From NCBI GenBank assembly GCA_963666515.2, contig OY762897.2:2432001-2496000 (forward strand): a stretch of 64,000 nt of DNA. Direction: 5' to 3'. This document shows, piece by piece, positions 18,350 through 27,679 of the stretch. Source of the stretch: Candidatus Binatia bacterium (GTDB lineage: Bacteria > Desulfobacterota > Binatia > UBA9968 > JAJDTQ01). Position 1 is the stretch's first letter, and the number at the start of each line of letters is the position of its first letter. The translations under genes were made by a program, and so were the position numbers. A model generated the notes under the pieces. The model was given only the letters and a program-made list of their open reading frames with translations. It was not told the DNA's origin and searched no databases.

Positions 18350-19384
18350 TCAGAACGCGGGCGCCACGTGGCGGCTGAAACGCTCCATGGAGGCGAGGAC
18401 CTTGTCCTGCGTGAGGCCGCCGAAGTGGAAACAGAGGCCGATGTGGGTGGGGCCGACCACGTCGATGATGTTTCTGAGGTGCTCGATGCAGGTGTCGGGG
18501 CTGCCGAAGACGCCGCGGTTGTCCTGCACCATGGCGTCGTAGGCCAGGCGGGCGTAGATCTTGTCCAGCATGGGTACGCGGGCGGGGTCGAGGCGCACCT
18601 CGTCCAGGGCGAACTCGCGCCAGCGGTGCCAGGCGTCCTCCACCTCGGCGCGGGCGTGGGCGTCGTCCTCGCCGACGTAGATCGGGTACATGACGAAGAC
18701 GTCGTGGTCGTCTTCCGAGAACCCCGCTTCCCGCAGGCTTTCGAGATAGACCTCAATGCGGGTGCGCTGCTCGGCATTGCTGCCGATCCACGGCAAGGTC
18801 ATGAGGTGGTAGCCGTTGCGGCCGATCATGCGGAAGTTGTCCAGGTCCCGGTTGGCCGGCACGTAGATGGGCGGATGCGGTTGCTGGTGCGGCCGGGGCC
18901 GGACGGTCATGCCGTGGTAGCTGAAGTACTCGCCGTCCCACTCCACGGTCTCCTCGGTCCAGGCCATGCGGATCACGTCCAGGGCCTCCACCAGCCGCGG
19001 CTGCGCGGTGGGCCAGTCGTGCCCGTACACCTCGTACTCGTGGGGGCTCATGCCGCGGCCGGCGCCGAACAGCAGGCGCCCGCCGGAGAGGAGGTCCAGC
19101 ATCGCGTAGTCCTCGGCGATCTGGAGCGGGTGGTGCATCGGGACCAGCGAGACGGCCGAGCCGAGCTGGAGCCGGCTGGTCCGCTGGGAGGCCGCCGACA
19201 GAAGCATCTGCGGGCTGGGCATCATGCCGCCGAACAGGCGGAAGTGGTGCTCGGTGACCCAGAGGCTGTCGAAGCGCATGTCCTCGGCCGCGTCGATCTG
19301 CTCCAGCCAGCGGGCGTAGAGTTCCCGCGAATCGCCGTCCAGCTCGGGCACGTATGTATTGAGCAGGTAGTAGCCGAACTTCAT
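18350..19384 (-). CDS. LLM-class (luciferase-like) flavin-dependent oxidoreductase
   Basis: WVTEHHF, HPLQIAEDYAMLDLLSGGRL.FGAGRG, P.P.QQPHPPIY. Confidence 0.93.
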   Translation of the reverse strand: MKFGYYLLNTYVPELDGDSRELYARWLEQIDAAEDMRFDSLWVTEHHFRLFGGMMPSPQMLLSAASQRTSRLQLGSAVSLVPMHHPLQIAEDYAMLDLLSGGRLLFGAGRGMSPHEYEVYGHDWPTAQPRLVEALDVIRMAWTEETVEWDGEYFSYHGMTVRPRPHQQPHPPIYVPANRDLDNFRMIGRNGYHLMTLPWIGSNAEQRTRIEVYLESLREAGFSEDDHDVFVMYPIYVGEDDAHARAEVEDAWHRWREFALDEVRLDPARVPMLDKIYARLAYDAMVQDNRGVFGSPDTCIEHLRNIIDVVGPTHIGLCFHFGGLTQDKVLASMERFSRHVAPAF

Positions 19385-19444
19385 GAATGTCCTTCGCTTT
19401 CCCTTTCGGGCGCCGCAACGGTGGTAGCCTCCACCCCACCTCCC

Positions 19445-19495
19445 TGGATTCCGGCCCCGTATCGAGTACGGGGCAGGCTTTTCGCCGGAATGACG
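19445..19495. repeat. family A REP-like element with a family B-like hairpin nested in its loop
   Basis: TGGATTCCGGC-[CCCGTATCGAGTACGGGGCAGGC]-TTTTCGCCGGAATGACG. Confidence 0.75.
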
Positions 19496-19573
19496 ATTCG
19501 GGTGTTGTCGCCTTTCCGCACCCAGGACGGAGTTTTGACACAGCCTGTTTCGCGGGAAGACGGACCCGACACC

Positions 19574-20806
19574 CTATTCCCGTTCCTCCAACCGTTTCTT
19601 CAGGGCGTCCAGGCTCGGTTCGACCGGCCGCAGGTGCTCCGGCGGCACGGCGACGCTGGCGGCCTGCTTGAGACCGTGGCCGGTGACGTTGCATACCACC
19701 ATGTCGTCGGCGCGGATGACGCCTTCCCGCCGGAGACGCATGGCCGCGGCCAGGGAGACGGCGCCGGACGGCTCGGCGAAGATGCCGGCCAGGCGGCTCA
19801 GCAGGCCCTGAGCTTCGAGGATATCCTCGTCCGCCAGCGCCACGCCCGTGCCATTGCTGGCGCGCACGGCGCGCAACGCCCTGAGCCCCAGCGCCCTGGG
19901 GTTGCCCACCCGAATGCTCTCGGCCACGGTGGCGCCCGCGGCCACGGGCTCGACGGTGGCGCTGCCGCTCTCCAATGCCGCGGCGATGGGGGCCGCGGCG
20001 GCGCTCTGGGCGGCCACCAGCCTGGGGAACCGGTGCGCCCAGCCGAGGCCGTGCAGCTCCTGGTAGCCTTTCCACATGGCCGCGAGGCCCGCGCCCCCGG
20101 CGGTGGGGTGGATGATCCAGTGGGGCACGTGCTCGTCGAGCTGATCGAACAGCTCGAAGGCGTAGGACTTCTTGCCCTCGTTCCGGTACGGGTTGGTGGA
20201 CAGGCAGTCGTACCAGCCGAACTCCTTGACCGCCTGCCGGTAGAACGGCCCGATGTCGTCCAGGCTCCCCTCCACCGTCACCACCTCGGCGCCGCAGGCA
20301 ACCGCCTGGACCACCTTGGCCATGTCGGTGCCTGCCGGAACCATGACGACGCTGCGCAGGCCGGCGGCCGCGGCGTAGGCGGCCACCGACGCCGCGGCGT
20401 TGCCGGTGGACGGCACCGCCACGGTGTCGAAGCCCAGCTCCACGGCGCGGGAGATGCCCACGCTGTTGCTGCGGTCCTTCAGGGAGCCGGTCGGCAGCAG
20501 CGTGTCGTTCTTGACGTAGAGCCGGTCCATCCCCAAGTGCCCGCCCAGGCGCCGGCAACGGGTGAGCGGGGTGTAGCCCTCGCCCAGGGACACCACCGAG
20601 CCGCGGCTCTTCACCGGAAAAAAATCGAACCAGCGCCAGAGGGTCTTGTCGGTGCTGGCGCGGATGATGCGCACGTCGGAGCGGGTGAGGTGCGTGAGGT
20701 CCATCTGCACCTCCAGCACTGAGTCGCAGGAGCCGCACGCGAAGGTGTCGTCGGTCACCGCCTCCCAGCCGCACTGCGGACAGCGTAGCGCCGCGATCCT
20801 GCCCAT
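19574..20806 (-). CDS. thrC: threonine synthase (PLP, fold II)
   Basis: N-terminal CxxC..CxxC, SLGEGYTPL, PTGSLKDR, STGNAAAS, EGKKS, AEPSGA, TGHGLK. Confidence 0.85.
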   Translation of the reverse strand: MGRIAALRCPQCGWEAVTDDTFACGSCDSVLEVQMDLTHLTRSDVRIIRASTDKTLWRWFDFFPVKSRGSVVSLGEGYTPLTRCRRLGGHLGMDRLYVKNDTLLPTGSLKDRSNSVGISRAVELGFDTVAVPSTGNAAASVAAYAAAAGLRSVVMVPAGTDMAKVVQAVACGAEVVTVEGSLDDIGPFYRQAVKEFGWYDCLSTNPYRNEGKKSYAFELFDQLDEHVPHWIIHPTAGGAGLAAMWKGYQELHGLGWAHRFPRLVAAQSAAAAPIAAALESGSATVEPVAAGATVAESIRVGNPRALGLRALRAVRASNGTGVALADEDILEAQGLLSRLAGIFAEPSGAVSLAAAMRLRREGVIRADDMVVCNVTGHGLKQAASVAVPPEHLRPVEPSLDALKKRLEERE

Positions 20807-20813
20807 GACCCCC

Positions 20814-23708
20814 TCAGGCCCCCGCGTCCGCGACGCCTTCCCACAGCACCTCCACGGGATGAAGCGCCTTGCGCCCGGTGAGATGCTCGATCTGCTGCCG
20901 GCAGGAGATCCCCGACGCCACCACGCGGGCGTCCTCGGGCGCGGCCTCCACCGCCGGCACCAGGCGGCGGTTGGCGATGGCTACGGACACGTCGTAGTGC
21001 TCCTTCTCGAAGCCGAAGGAGCCGGCCATGCCGCAGCAGCCGGAGTCCACCTCGCGGACCTCGTGGCCCGCCTCCCGCAGCACCGAAACCGTGGGCGCCA
21101 TGCCCACCAGCGCCTTCTGGTGGCAATGGCCGTGCAGCACCACCGGCGGCCTGGGGGCGCCGCCGTTCTTGAGCGATGACGCCGCCTCGTCGCGCATCAG
21201 CAGCTCCTCGATGAGCAGCGTCTGGCCCGCCACCAGGCGCGCCGGCTCGTTGCGCAGGAGGTCGGGGTACTCGTCCCGCAGCGTGAGGATGCAGGAGGGC
21301 TCCAGGCCCACCACCCGCACCCCCTGCTCCACGTGAGGCAGCAGCAGGCCGACGTTCCAGGCCGCGTGTTCCTTGGCGTCCTGCAGCATGCCCTTGGAGA
21401 TCATCGGCCGGCCGCAGCAGCGCCGGGGCACGGTCATCACGCGATAGCCCAGGTGCTCCAGCAGACGCGTGGCCGCCACCGCCACGTCGGGCGTGTTGTA
21501 GGTGTTGAAGGTGTCGTGGAACAGGATCACCGAGCCGCGCGAGCCCGTGCCCGCGGCATCGCGCTTCTTCCACCAGGTCTCGAAGTCGTTGCGCGCGAAG
21601 CTCGGCAGCGGGCGCCTGCGGTCGATGCCCAGGAAGCGGTCCAGGAACCAGCGGTTGACGAAGCTGCCGTTGACCCGGTTGGCGACCGGCGCCAGCAGCG
21701 AACCCCAGCGGCTCAGGGAACCGATGCGCCCGAACAGGCGGCTCCGCAACGAGACCCCGTGCACCTGCTGGTAGTGGTGCAGAAATTCGTACTTGAGCTT
21801 GGCCATGTCAACGTTGGACGGACACTCGGCCTTGCAGCCCTTGCACTCCAGGCACAGGTCCAGCACCTCGTGGAGCCCCTCGCCGGTGAACTCCGAGCGC
21901 GGCACCTTGCCGGAGAGCACCGCGCGGAAGGCGGTGGCGCGCCCGCGGGTGGAGTGCTGCTCCTCCATCGTCGCCATGTAGGACGGGCACATGGTGCCGC
22001 CCAGGGTCTTGCGGCAGGCGCCGGTGCCGTTGCACATCTCCACCGCGGCCACGAAGCCCCCCTGGTCGCTGAAGTCCAGCATGGTGTCGGGCTGCCAGGT
22101 CTTGTAGGAGGTGCCGTAGCGGAGCGAATCGGTCATGGGCGGCGCGTCCACGATCTTGCCGGGATTGAGCAGGTTGTCCGGGTCGAACAGGCGCTTGACC
22201 TTGCGGAACTCCTGGTACAGCTCGGGTCCGAAGAGCTTCTCGTTCAGGTGGCTGCGGGCCAGGCCGTCGCCGTGCTCGCCGGACATGGCGCCGCCGAACT
22301 CCATCACCAGGTCGGAGATCTCGCGCGAGATCTGCGTCATCTTCTCCACCTCGCCCGCTTCCTTGAGGTTGATGAACGGGCGGATGTGCATGCAGCCCAC
22401 GGAACAGTGGCCGTAGTAGCCGGCGCGGACGCCGTGGCTGCCGAGGATGCCGCGGAAGCGCTTGATGAACTCCGGCAGCTTCACCGGGTCCACCGCGGTG
22501 TCCTCGACGAAGGCGATGGGCTTCTTCTCTCCCTTGACGCCCAGCAGGAGCCCAAGGCCCGCCTTGCGCACGCCCCAGATCCGCTGCACCTCCCCCGGCT
22601 CGTAGGCGAGCGAGGCAGCGTAGCCCATGTGCTCGCGCTGGCGGATCACCTCCAGCTTGTCGACCTTGTCCCGGACCTCGTCGGCGGTGTCGCCGTCGTA
22701 CTCCACCATGAGGATGGCGTCGGGGTCGCCCTGCACGAAGCCCAGCCGCTTGGACTGCTCGATGTTGTTGCGGGCGAGGTCCAGGATGGGCTTGTCGGTG
22801 AGTTCCATGGCGTAGGGGTTGGTAGCGAGAATGGCTTCGGACACCCCCAGCGCGTCCTGGAGGTCGTGGAAGTGGATGACGTCCAGCGCGGTGAACTTCG
22901 GCTTTGGCACCAGCCGCATCTTCGCTTCCACCACGCACGCGAGGGTGCCCTCGGAGCCCACGATCAGGCGCGAGAGGTTGAACGGCTGATCCTTGGCGAA
23001 CTCGTCCAGGTTGTAGCCCGACACCCGCCGCATGAGCTTGGGATAGCGCTCGGCGATGAGCCCGCCGGCGGACTCCACCAGCGGCGGAAGCTGCTGGTAG
23101 ATGCGGCCCTCCAGCCCCTTCCCTCCCTGCCGGGCGGCCAGCCCGTCCGCCGGAAGGTCCTTCAGAACCGCCTCGCTGCCGTCCGCCAGCAGCACCGTCA
23201 GCTCCAGCACGTGGTCCAGGGTCTTGCCGTAGACGATGGAGTGGGCGCCGGCGGAGTTGTTGCCGATCATGCCGCCGATGGTGGCCCGGTTGGAGGTGGA
23301 GGTATCCGGCCCGAAGAGCATGCCCATGGGCGCCGCGTGGGCGTTCAGGGCATCCTGCACCAGTCCGGGCTGGACCCGGCACCAAAGCTCCTCCCGGTTC
23401 ACCTCCAACACCTGGTTCATGTACTTGGAGAAGTCCATGACGATGGCGTGGCCCACGGTCTGGCCCGCCAGCGAGGTGCCGCCGCCTCGTGCCAGCACCG
23501 GCACCCGGTGCCGGTTGGCCACCTCGATGACCGCCTGCACGTCGCCCTTGTGGCGGGGGATGACCACGCCCACGGGCTCCACCTGGTAGATGGACGCGTC
23601 CGTGGCGTAGAGCAGCCGCGAGTAGTGGTCGAACCGGACCTCGCCCTCCACGCGCTTGCGCAGCTCGGCCTCGGTCTCCCGGTAGTCCTGCAAACCTTCA
23701 CGCGCCAT
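20814..23708 (-). CDS. FAD-binding / Fe-S oxidoreductase (YdiJ/GlcD-GlcF fusion type)
   Basis: YATDASIY, RGGGTSLAGQ, GSEGTL, SGEHGDG, CLECKGCKAECP, two CCG domains (CCGRP, CCGMAGSFG). Confidence 0.93.
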   Translation of the reverse strand: MAREGLQDYRETEAELRKRVEGEVRFDHYSRLLYATDASIYQVEPVGVVIPRHKGDVQAVIEVANRHRVPVLARGGGTSLAGQTVGHAIVMDFSKYMNQVLEVNREELWCRVQPGLVQDALNAHAAPMGMLFGPDTSTSNRATIGGMIGNNSAGAHSIVYGKTLDHVLELTVLLADGSEAVLKDLPADGLAARQGGKGLEGRIYQQLPPLVESAGGLIAERYPKLMRRVSGYNLDEFAKDQPFNLSRLIVGSEGTLACVVEAKMRLVPKPKFTALDVIHFHDLQDALGVSEAILATNPYAMELTDKPILDLARNNIEQSKRLGFVQGDPDAILMVEYDGDTADEVRDKVDKLEVIRQREHMGYAASLAYEPGEVQRIWGVRKAGLGLLLGVKGEKKPIAFVEDTAVDPVKLPEFIKRFRGILGSHGVRAGYYGHCSVGCMHIRPFINLKEAGEVEKMTQISREISDLVMEFGGAMSGEHGDGLARSHLNEKLFGPELYQEFRKVKRLFDPDNLLNPGKIVDAPPMTDSLRYGTSYKTWQPDTMLDFSDQGGFVAAVEMCNGTGACRKTLGGTMCPSYMATMEEQHSTRGRATAFRAVLSGKVPRSEFTGEGLHEVLDLCLECKGCKAECPSNVDMAKLKYEFLHHYQQVHGVSLRSRLFGRIGSLSRWGSLLAPVANRVNGSFVNRWFLDRFLGIDRRRPLPSFARNDFETWWKKRDAAGTGSRGSVILFHDTFNTYNTPDVAVAATRLLEHLGYRVMTVPRRCCGRPMISKGMLQDAKEHAAWNVGLLLPHVEQGVRVVGLEPSCILTLRDEYPDLLRNEPARLVAGQTLLIEELLMRDEAASSLKNGGAPRPPVVLHGHCHQKALVGMAPTVSVLREAGHEVREVDSGCCGMAGSFGFEKEHYDVSVAIANRRLVPAVEAAPEDARVVASGISCRQQIEHLTGRKALHPVEVLWEGVADAGA

Positions 23709-23785
23709 GGGAAACTTCTCCTGGCGGCCACCCGATCACGAACCGGGCGGCTTCAGCCGAGGGACGCGGCCTGCGGCCGCCCTCC

Positions 23786-24079
23786 TCAGTCGATGGCCTC
23801 ATACCGCTTGACCACGGCGCGTGCGCCCTGAAGCGCCCGGGCATGGTTCTGGATGGCCTTGTGGTCGTCACTATCGCGATAGCGGTCGATGTCTTCCTGG
23901 CTCTCCCACTCGGCGTAGGAGATGTACTCGCCCGGGGAATCCATGCACTTGAGCAACTGCTCGGACTTGCAGCCCTTCTGGGCGAGCATCCGCGGACCGC
24001 AATCCTCTTTCCAGATGCGCTCCGCTTCCGCGGCCTGGCCGGGATCGACGTTGACGTGGATCAGTCTGACGATGGACAT
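23786..24079 (-). CDS. antibiotic biosynthesis monooxygenase (ABM) family protein
   Basis: 97 aa; GCKSEQLL...EYISYAEWESQED..RYRDS; RBS GAGGAGG. Confidence 0.8.
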   Translation of the reverse strand: MSIVRLIHVNVDPGQAAEAERIWKEDCGPRMLAQKGCKSEQLLKCMDSPGEYISYAEWESQEDIDRYRDSDDHKAIQNHARALQGARAVVKRYEAID

Positions 24080-24161
24080 CTCAATCCTCCTCTTTGGGAT
24101 TCGTCTGTTACGGTTTATTTCAACTCTTCCCTCTACCGCAAGCCGTTTCGGTTTTCCGGTT

Positions 24162-24446
24162 TCAAGTCGCGAAACGGAGTTTGACCCCACACGCGGCCGA
24201 CACTTTGGCGAGTGTGTCGAGCCGTGGATTTCTCCGGCCGGACAGCGCGCGGGACAGTGCCACGCGATCCAGCTTGGCCTCACGCGCGAGTGCGGACACG
24301 CCGCCCTGCGCCTCGGCTACGTTGCGAAACGCCTTCATGAGCAGGCGCGGGTCGTCACCCATCTCCTCGATCGCTGCATTCAAATAAGCAACGATATCCT
24401 CGGGTGTCTTGAGATAATCGCTCGCCCTATGTTCTCTTACGGGCAT
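24162..24446 (-). CDS. putative addiction module antidote protein (HigA/HI1420-like, HTH)
   Basis: DYLKTPEDIVAYLNAA...NVAEAQGGVSALAREAKLDRVALSRALSGRRNPRLDTL. Confidence 0.88.
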   Translation of the reverse strand: MPVREHRASDYLKTPEDIVAYLNAAIEEMGDDPRLLMKAFRNVAEAQGGVSALAREAKLDRVALSRALSGRRNPRLDTLAKVSAACGVKLRFAT

Positions 24447-24762
24447 TTCGTTTCTCCTGTCGGTACGCTTTCCAACGGGCCTGCGCCGTGGCTATATCGC
24501 GGGCCTGCCGGTTCTTCGTTCCGCCACCCAGCAGAATCACGACCTCATCACCGTCACGACCGTAGTACAATCTGTATCCAGGACCAAAATCGACCCGAAG
24601 CTCGGAAACGCCCTTCCCCACGCTCCTGTGATCCCCGAAGTTGCCGAACTCGATTCGATCGATGCGCGTCTGCACACGAGCACGCGTTGCGGACGATTGC
24701 TGCCGGAGCCAAGTGTCGAAGTAGTCAACGCCGTCGTCGGAAACGTAGTGCAGTACGACCAC
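24427..24762 (-). CDS. RelE/ParE-family toxin (HigB/HI1419-like addiction module killer)
   Basis: RIDRIEFGNFGDHRSVGKGVSELRVDFGPGYRLYY, LLGGGTK.Q.RDI. Confidence 0.9.
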   Translation of the reverse strand: MVVLHYVSDDGVDYFDTWLRQQSSATRARVQTRIDRIEFGNFGDHRSVGKGVSELRVDFGPGYRLYYGRDGDEVVILLGGGTKNRQARDIATAQARWKAYRQEKRNARKRT

Positions 24763-24783
24763 ACCATTGTCGTAGTCGATCGG

Positions 24784-25470
24784 CTACAGTCCGTCAAGGA
24801 GTTCCTGTGCCGTGCGGAAGACGTCGTGGAACATGGGCACGGTGAGCTTGCCTGTGAAGGTGTTCTGCTGGCTGGGGTGGTAGGAGCCCAGGAGGGTCAA
24901 GCCGTTGTCGAAGTCATGGCGGCTTCCGTGGCCGAACTGCGGGCGCGGACGAGGAAGCGATTGACCTGCTTCGGCCGCCGCCTTGAGGTAGGAGTCGAAG
25001 GCGATCTTCCCCAACGCGATGACCACCCGGAGACGGCGGAGCAGCGCGAGGTCCCGGACCAGGTAGCCGCGGCATTTGTCGAACTCGTCCCGGGCGGGCT
25101 TGTTTTCGGGGGGCGCGCAGCGAACCGCGGCGGAGATGTAGCAGTCGGTGAGCTTCAGACCGTCGTTCCGGTCCACGGACTCGGCCTGATTGGCGAACCC
25201 GTGCTCGAACAGCGCTCGGTAGAGCCAGTCGCCGCTGCGGTCTCCGGTGAACATCCGACCGGTGCGGTTGCCGCCGTGGGCCGCGGGCGCCAAGCCTACG
25301 ATGAGGAGTTGCGCGGCACTATCGCCGAAGCCGGGAAGCGGCCGGCCCCAATACTTGTAGCCGTGGTATCGCCGCGGTGGATTGGCCGCGGTCTCGGCCC
25401 GCCAGTCCACCAGCCTCGGGCACTTTCGGCACCGGATCACCGCCCGGTTGACACGTGCGAAAGAGTCCAT
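24784..25470 (-). CDS. uracil-DNA glycosylase family 5 (UdgB-like)
   Basis: CRKCPRL, GLAPAAHGGNRTGRMFTGD, VRCAPPENKP, SYHPSQQNT. Confidence 0.93.
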   Translation of the reverse strand: MDSFARVNRAVIRCRKCPRLVDWRAETAANPPRRYHGYKYWGRPLPGFGDSAAQLLIVGLAPAAHGGNRTGRMFTGDRSGDWLYRALFEHGFANQAESVDRNDGLKLTDCYISAAVRCAPPENKPARDEFDKCRGYLVRDLALLRRLRVVIALGKIAFDSYLKAAAEAGQSLPRPRPQFGHGSRHDFDNGLTLLGSYHPSQQNTFTGKLTVPMFHDVFRTAQELLDGL

Positions 25471-25520
25471 TTCATAGGCATCGAGGCAGCAAGGTGAGGC
25501 CGAAGGGCTACGTTCTGCCA

Positions 25521-27644
25521 TCAACGCAGCCCCGAGGCTGACGCCGATGTCCCTCCCAATCCGAACAGGCCGAGAAGTTCTTCACGGGTCATCCGTACCG
25601 ACAAATCCAGCGACACATCGTCAACAAGCTCGTCAAACAGTGCCTGCTTGCGCTGAAGGATCTCGTCGATGCGTTCCTCGATGGTCCCCGTGCAGGAATA
25701 CTTGATGGCGTTCACCTTGACCGTCTGGCCGAAGCGATGGCTCCGGTCTTCGGCCTGTGTCTCTACGGCGGGGTTCCACCACCGGTCCAGGTGGAAGACG
25801 TAGGATGCCTCTTGCAGATTCAAGCCCAATCCGCCGACGCGCAGAGACAATATCAGCACCTTGTGCTCGTCGCGGACCTTGAATCGCTCGATGATCTCGG
25901 TCCTTTGCCGTTGAGGCATGCCACCCGTAATGGTGAGCGGCGCGAAGTCCTTCAGGTAGCTGGCCGCCGCACCTACGCCGGATGTGTCATTGACGTACTG
26001 GGAGAAGAGCAGCGCCTTGTGTCCCTGGGCCGCCAGTTGTTCCAGCCGGTCCTTGATGTCGTCCAGCTTGCTGGACTCGCCACTCTTGGGGTCAGCGTTG
26101 CATATCTGCTTCAGGCGAGTGATGAGCTCAAGGACATGCCGCACATCGACCTCAGCGCCCAGAGACTTCAGGTAGACGATTCCCTCGCGCTCGGCCTTGT
26201 CGTAGCTGTCTCGCTGCCCTGGATTCAGGTCGATGGTGACCGTGGTTATCTGCTTCGGGGGAAGGTCATCAAGGACGTCGCCCTTCTTGCGCCTGAGCTG
26301 CAACTCGCGGTGCCGCATCCGCAACTCTGCGCCAGGCCGGTACCGTTTGGGCGGATTCGACCCTTCATGGTCCACGAACTCCAGGATCGATGCCAATTCC
26401 TCCTCATGATTCTCGATGGGGGTGCCCGTCAACGCCCAGGAACGCATTCTTTGCAACCCTTTCAGCGCGTCGCTGGTGTCGTTGCGGTTCTTGATGCGTT
26501 GCGCCTCGTCGGCTACCACCACGTCCCAGATCCGGCGCCGCACCGGGGATTGCGCGTTGCCGTTGAAATCAGAACGCAGGGTGTCGTAGCTCACCAAGGT
26601 CACGTCCCTCTCGGCCGCCCACTGCCAGGAGCGGTCGGATGTCGGGCCACGAATGATGATGGCAGATAGTTCTGGCGCCCACTTCTCGAATTCACGCCGC
26701 CACTGGTCCAACAGAGCAGCCGGAGCCGCCACCAAGCATGACCGGGCCTCCCGGCGCGCCCGGAGGATACGCAAGGCGGCGATGGCCTGCAAGGTCTTGC
26801 CCAGACCCATGTCGTCCGCCAGCAGCAGTTGGCGATTGTCCAGCAAAGCCCGGACGCCCTCTTGCTGGAAGGGCATCAACGGTCCGGCCCATTCCAGTTG
26901 GATATCCTGGCCCGGTTTCCGGGGCGCGGCGAGCACCGCCCACAACCGCTGCGCCAGCGTCAACGCAGGTCCGAAGACCGGACGGGGCTCCTGGACAGTG
27001 TCCTCGTTTTCTGGAACACGGTTCGCCGAATACTCAGGGTGTTTGGGGAGTGAAGAAAGGCGAACGACGGTGGCCAGCCCGGGAAGCGCCGTCATGGCTT
27101 GAATCCGGTCATCGCCAAAGGCTTCGTCCAGAGCCTTGGCGACCCGTTCAAAGGGCTCGACGGGGTTGACCCCGTCCATTATTTCGCCGAGAAGCCGGCT
27201 GGCGGGAGACTCTTCGGCGCTGCACTCAGTTCCCCAAAGCCATTGGAATTTCCCGCGGCCTGTTCGGTACTCGGCTCCACTTCCCGTCCCGTCACCCGTA
27301 ACGCTGATACGGCAAAGGGGCTTCCCCAGCCGAATTTCGCCGGCAAACGCATCCTGTGGCACTTCGTCGGCCCGAGCGACAACCAATGTGGGTGACGATG
27401 TGGCGGCTCCAAACAGCGATTTGGCAAGGGATGACAGAACCTTTGGCTTGACGGTTCCTGGTTGTCCAAGGAGCTCATACGTCTCCGTACGAGTGAAGCA
27501 GAAGTCCAGCGGCTCACCGGCGGCGGTGGTCTGAAACAGCGCGGCACGCATGCCCTTGGCACTCTCCTCTTCGACGAACCGCAGCCAAGCGACGGCGCCC
27601 GAGCGGGTGTTCTCGTCACTGAGGTCGTCGAAAGGAATCGGCAA
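25521..27644 (-). CDS. SNF2-family helicase/ATPase with an uncharacterised N-terminal domain of about 180 aa
   Basis: LLADDMGLGKT, VVADEAQRIKN, LTGTPIEN, LLFSQY, GGLGLNLQEA, DRWWNPAVE.QAEDRSHRFGQ. Confidence 0.93.
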   Translation of the reverse strand: MPIPFDDLSDENTRSGAVAWLRFVEEESAKGMRAALFQTTAAGEPLDFCFTRTETYELLGQPGTVKPKVLSSLAKSLFGAATSSPTLVVARADEVPQDAFAGEIRLGKPLCRISVTGDGTGSGAEYRTGRGKFQWLWGTECSAEESPASRLLGEIMDGVNPVEPFERVAKALDEAFGDDRIQAMTALPGLATVVRLSSLPKHPEYSANRVPENEDTVQEPRPVFGPALTLAQRLWAVLAAPRKPGQDIQLEWAGPLMPFQQEGVRALLDNRQLLLADDMGLGKTLQAIAALRILRARREARSCLVAAPAALLDQWRREFEKWAPELSAIIIRGPTSDRSWQWAAERDVTLVSYDTLRSDFNGNAQSPVRRRIWDVVVADEAQRIKNRNDTSDALKGLQRMRSWALTGTPIENHEEELASILEFVDHEGSNPPKRYRPGAELRMRHRELQLRRKKGDVLDDLPPKQITTVTIDLNPGQRDSYDKAEREGIVYLKSLGAEVDVRHVLELITRLKQICNADPKSGESSKLDDIKDRLEQLAAQGHKALLFSQYVNDTSGVGAAASYLKDFAPLTITGGMPQRQRTEIIERFKVRDEHKVLILSLRVGGLGLNLQEASYVFHLDRWWNPAVETQAEDRSHRFGQTVKVNAIKYSCTGTIEERIDEILQRKQALFDELVDDVSLDLSVRMTREELLGLFGLGGTSASASGLR

Positions 27645-27679
27645 TGCAGCGTACCCTTGGTCACAGGGATGGCCGACTG

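Noticed and set aside
18368-23831. Long plus-strand ORFs (18368..20722, 21333..23831)
   Set aside because: Shadows of the LLM, thrC and FAD/Fe-S oxidoreductase genes; no motifs.
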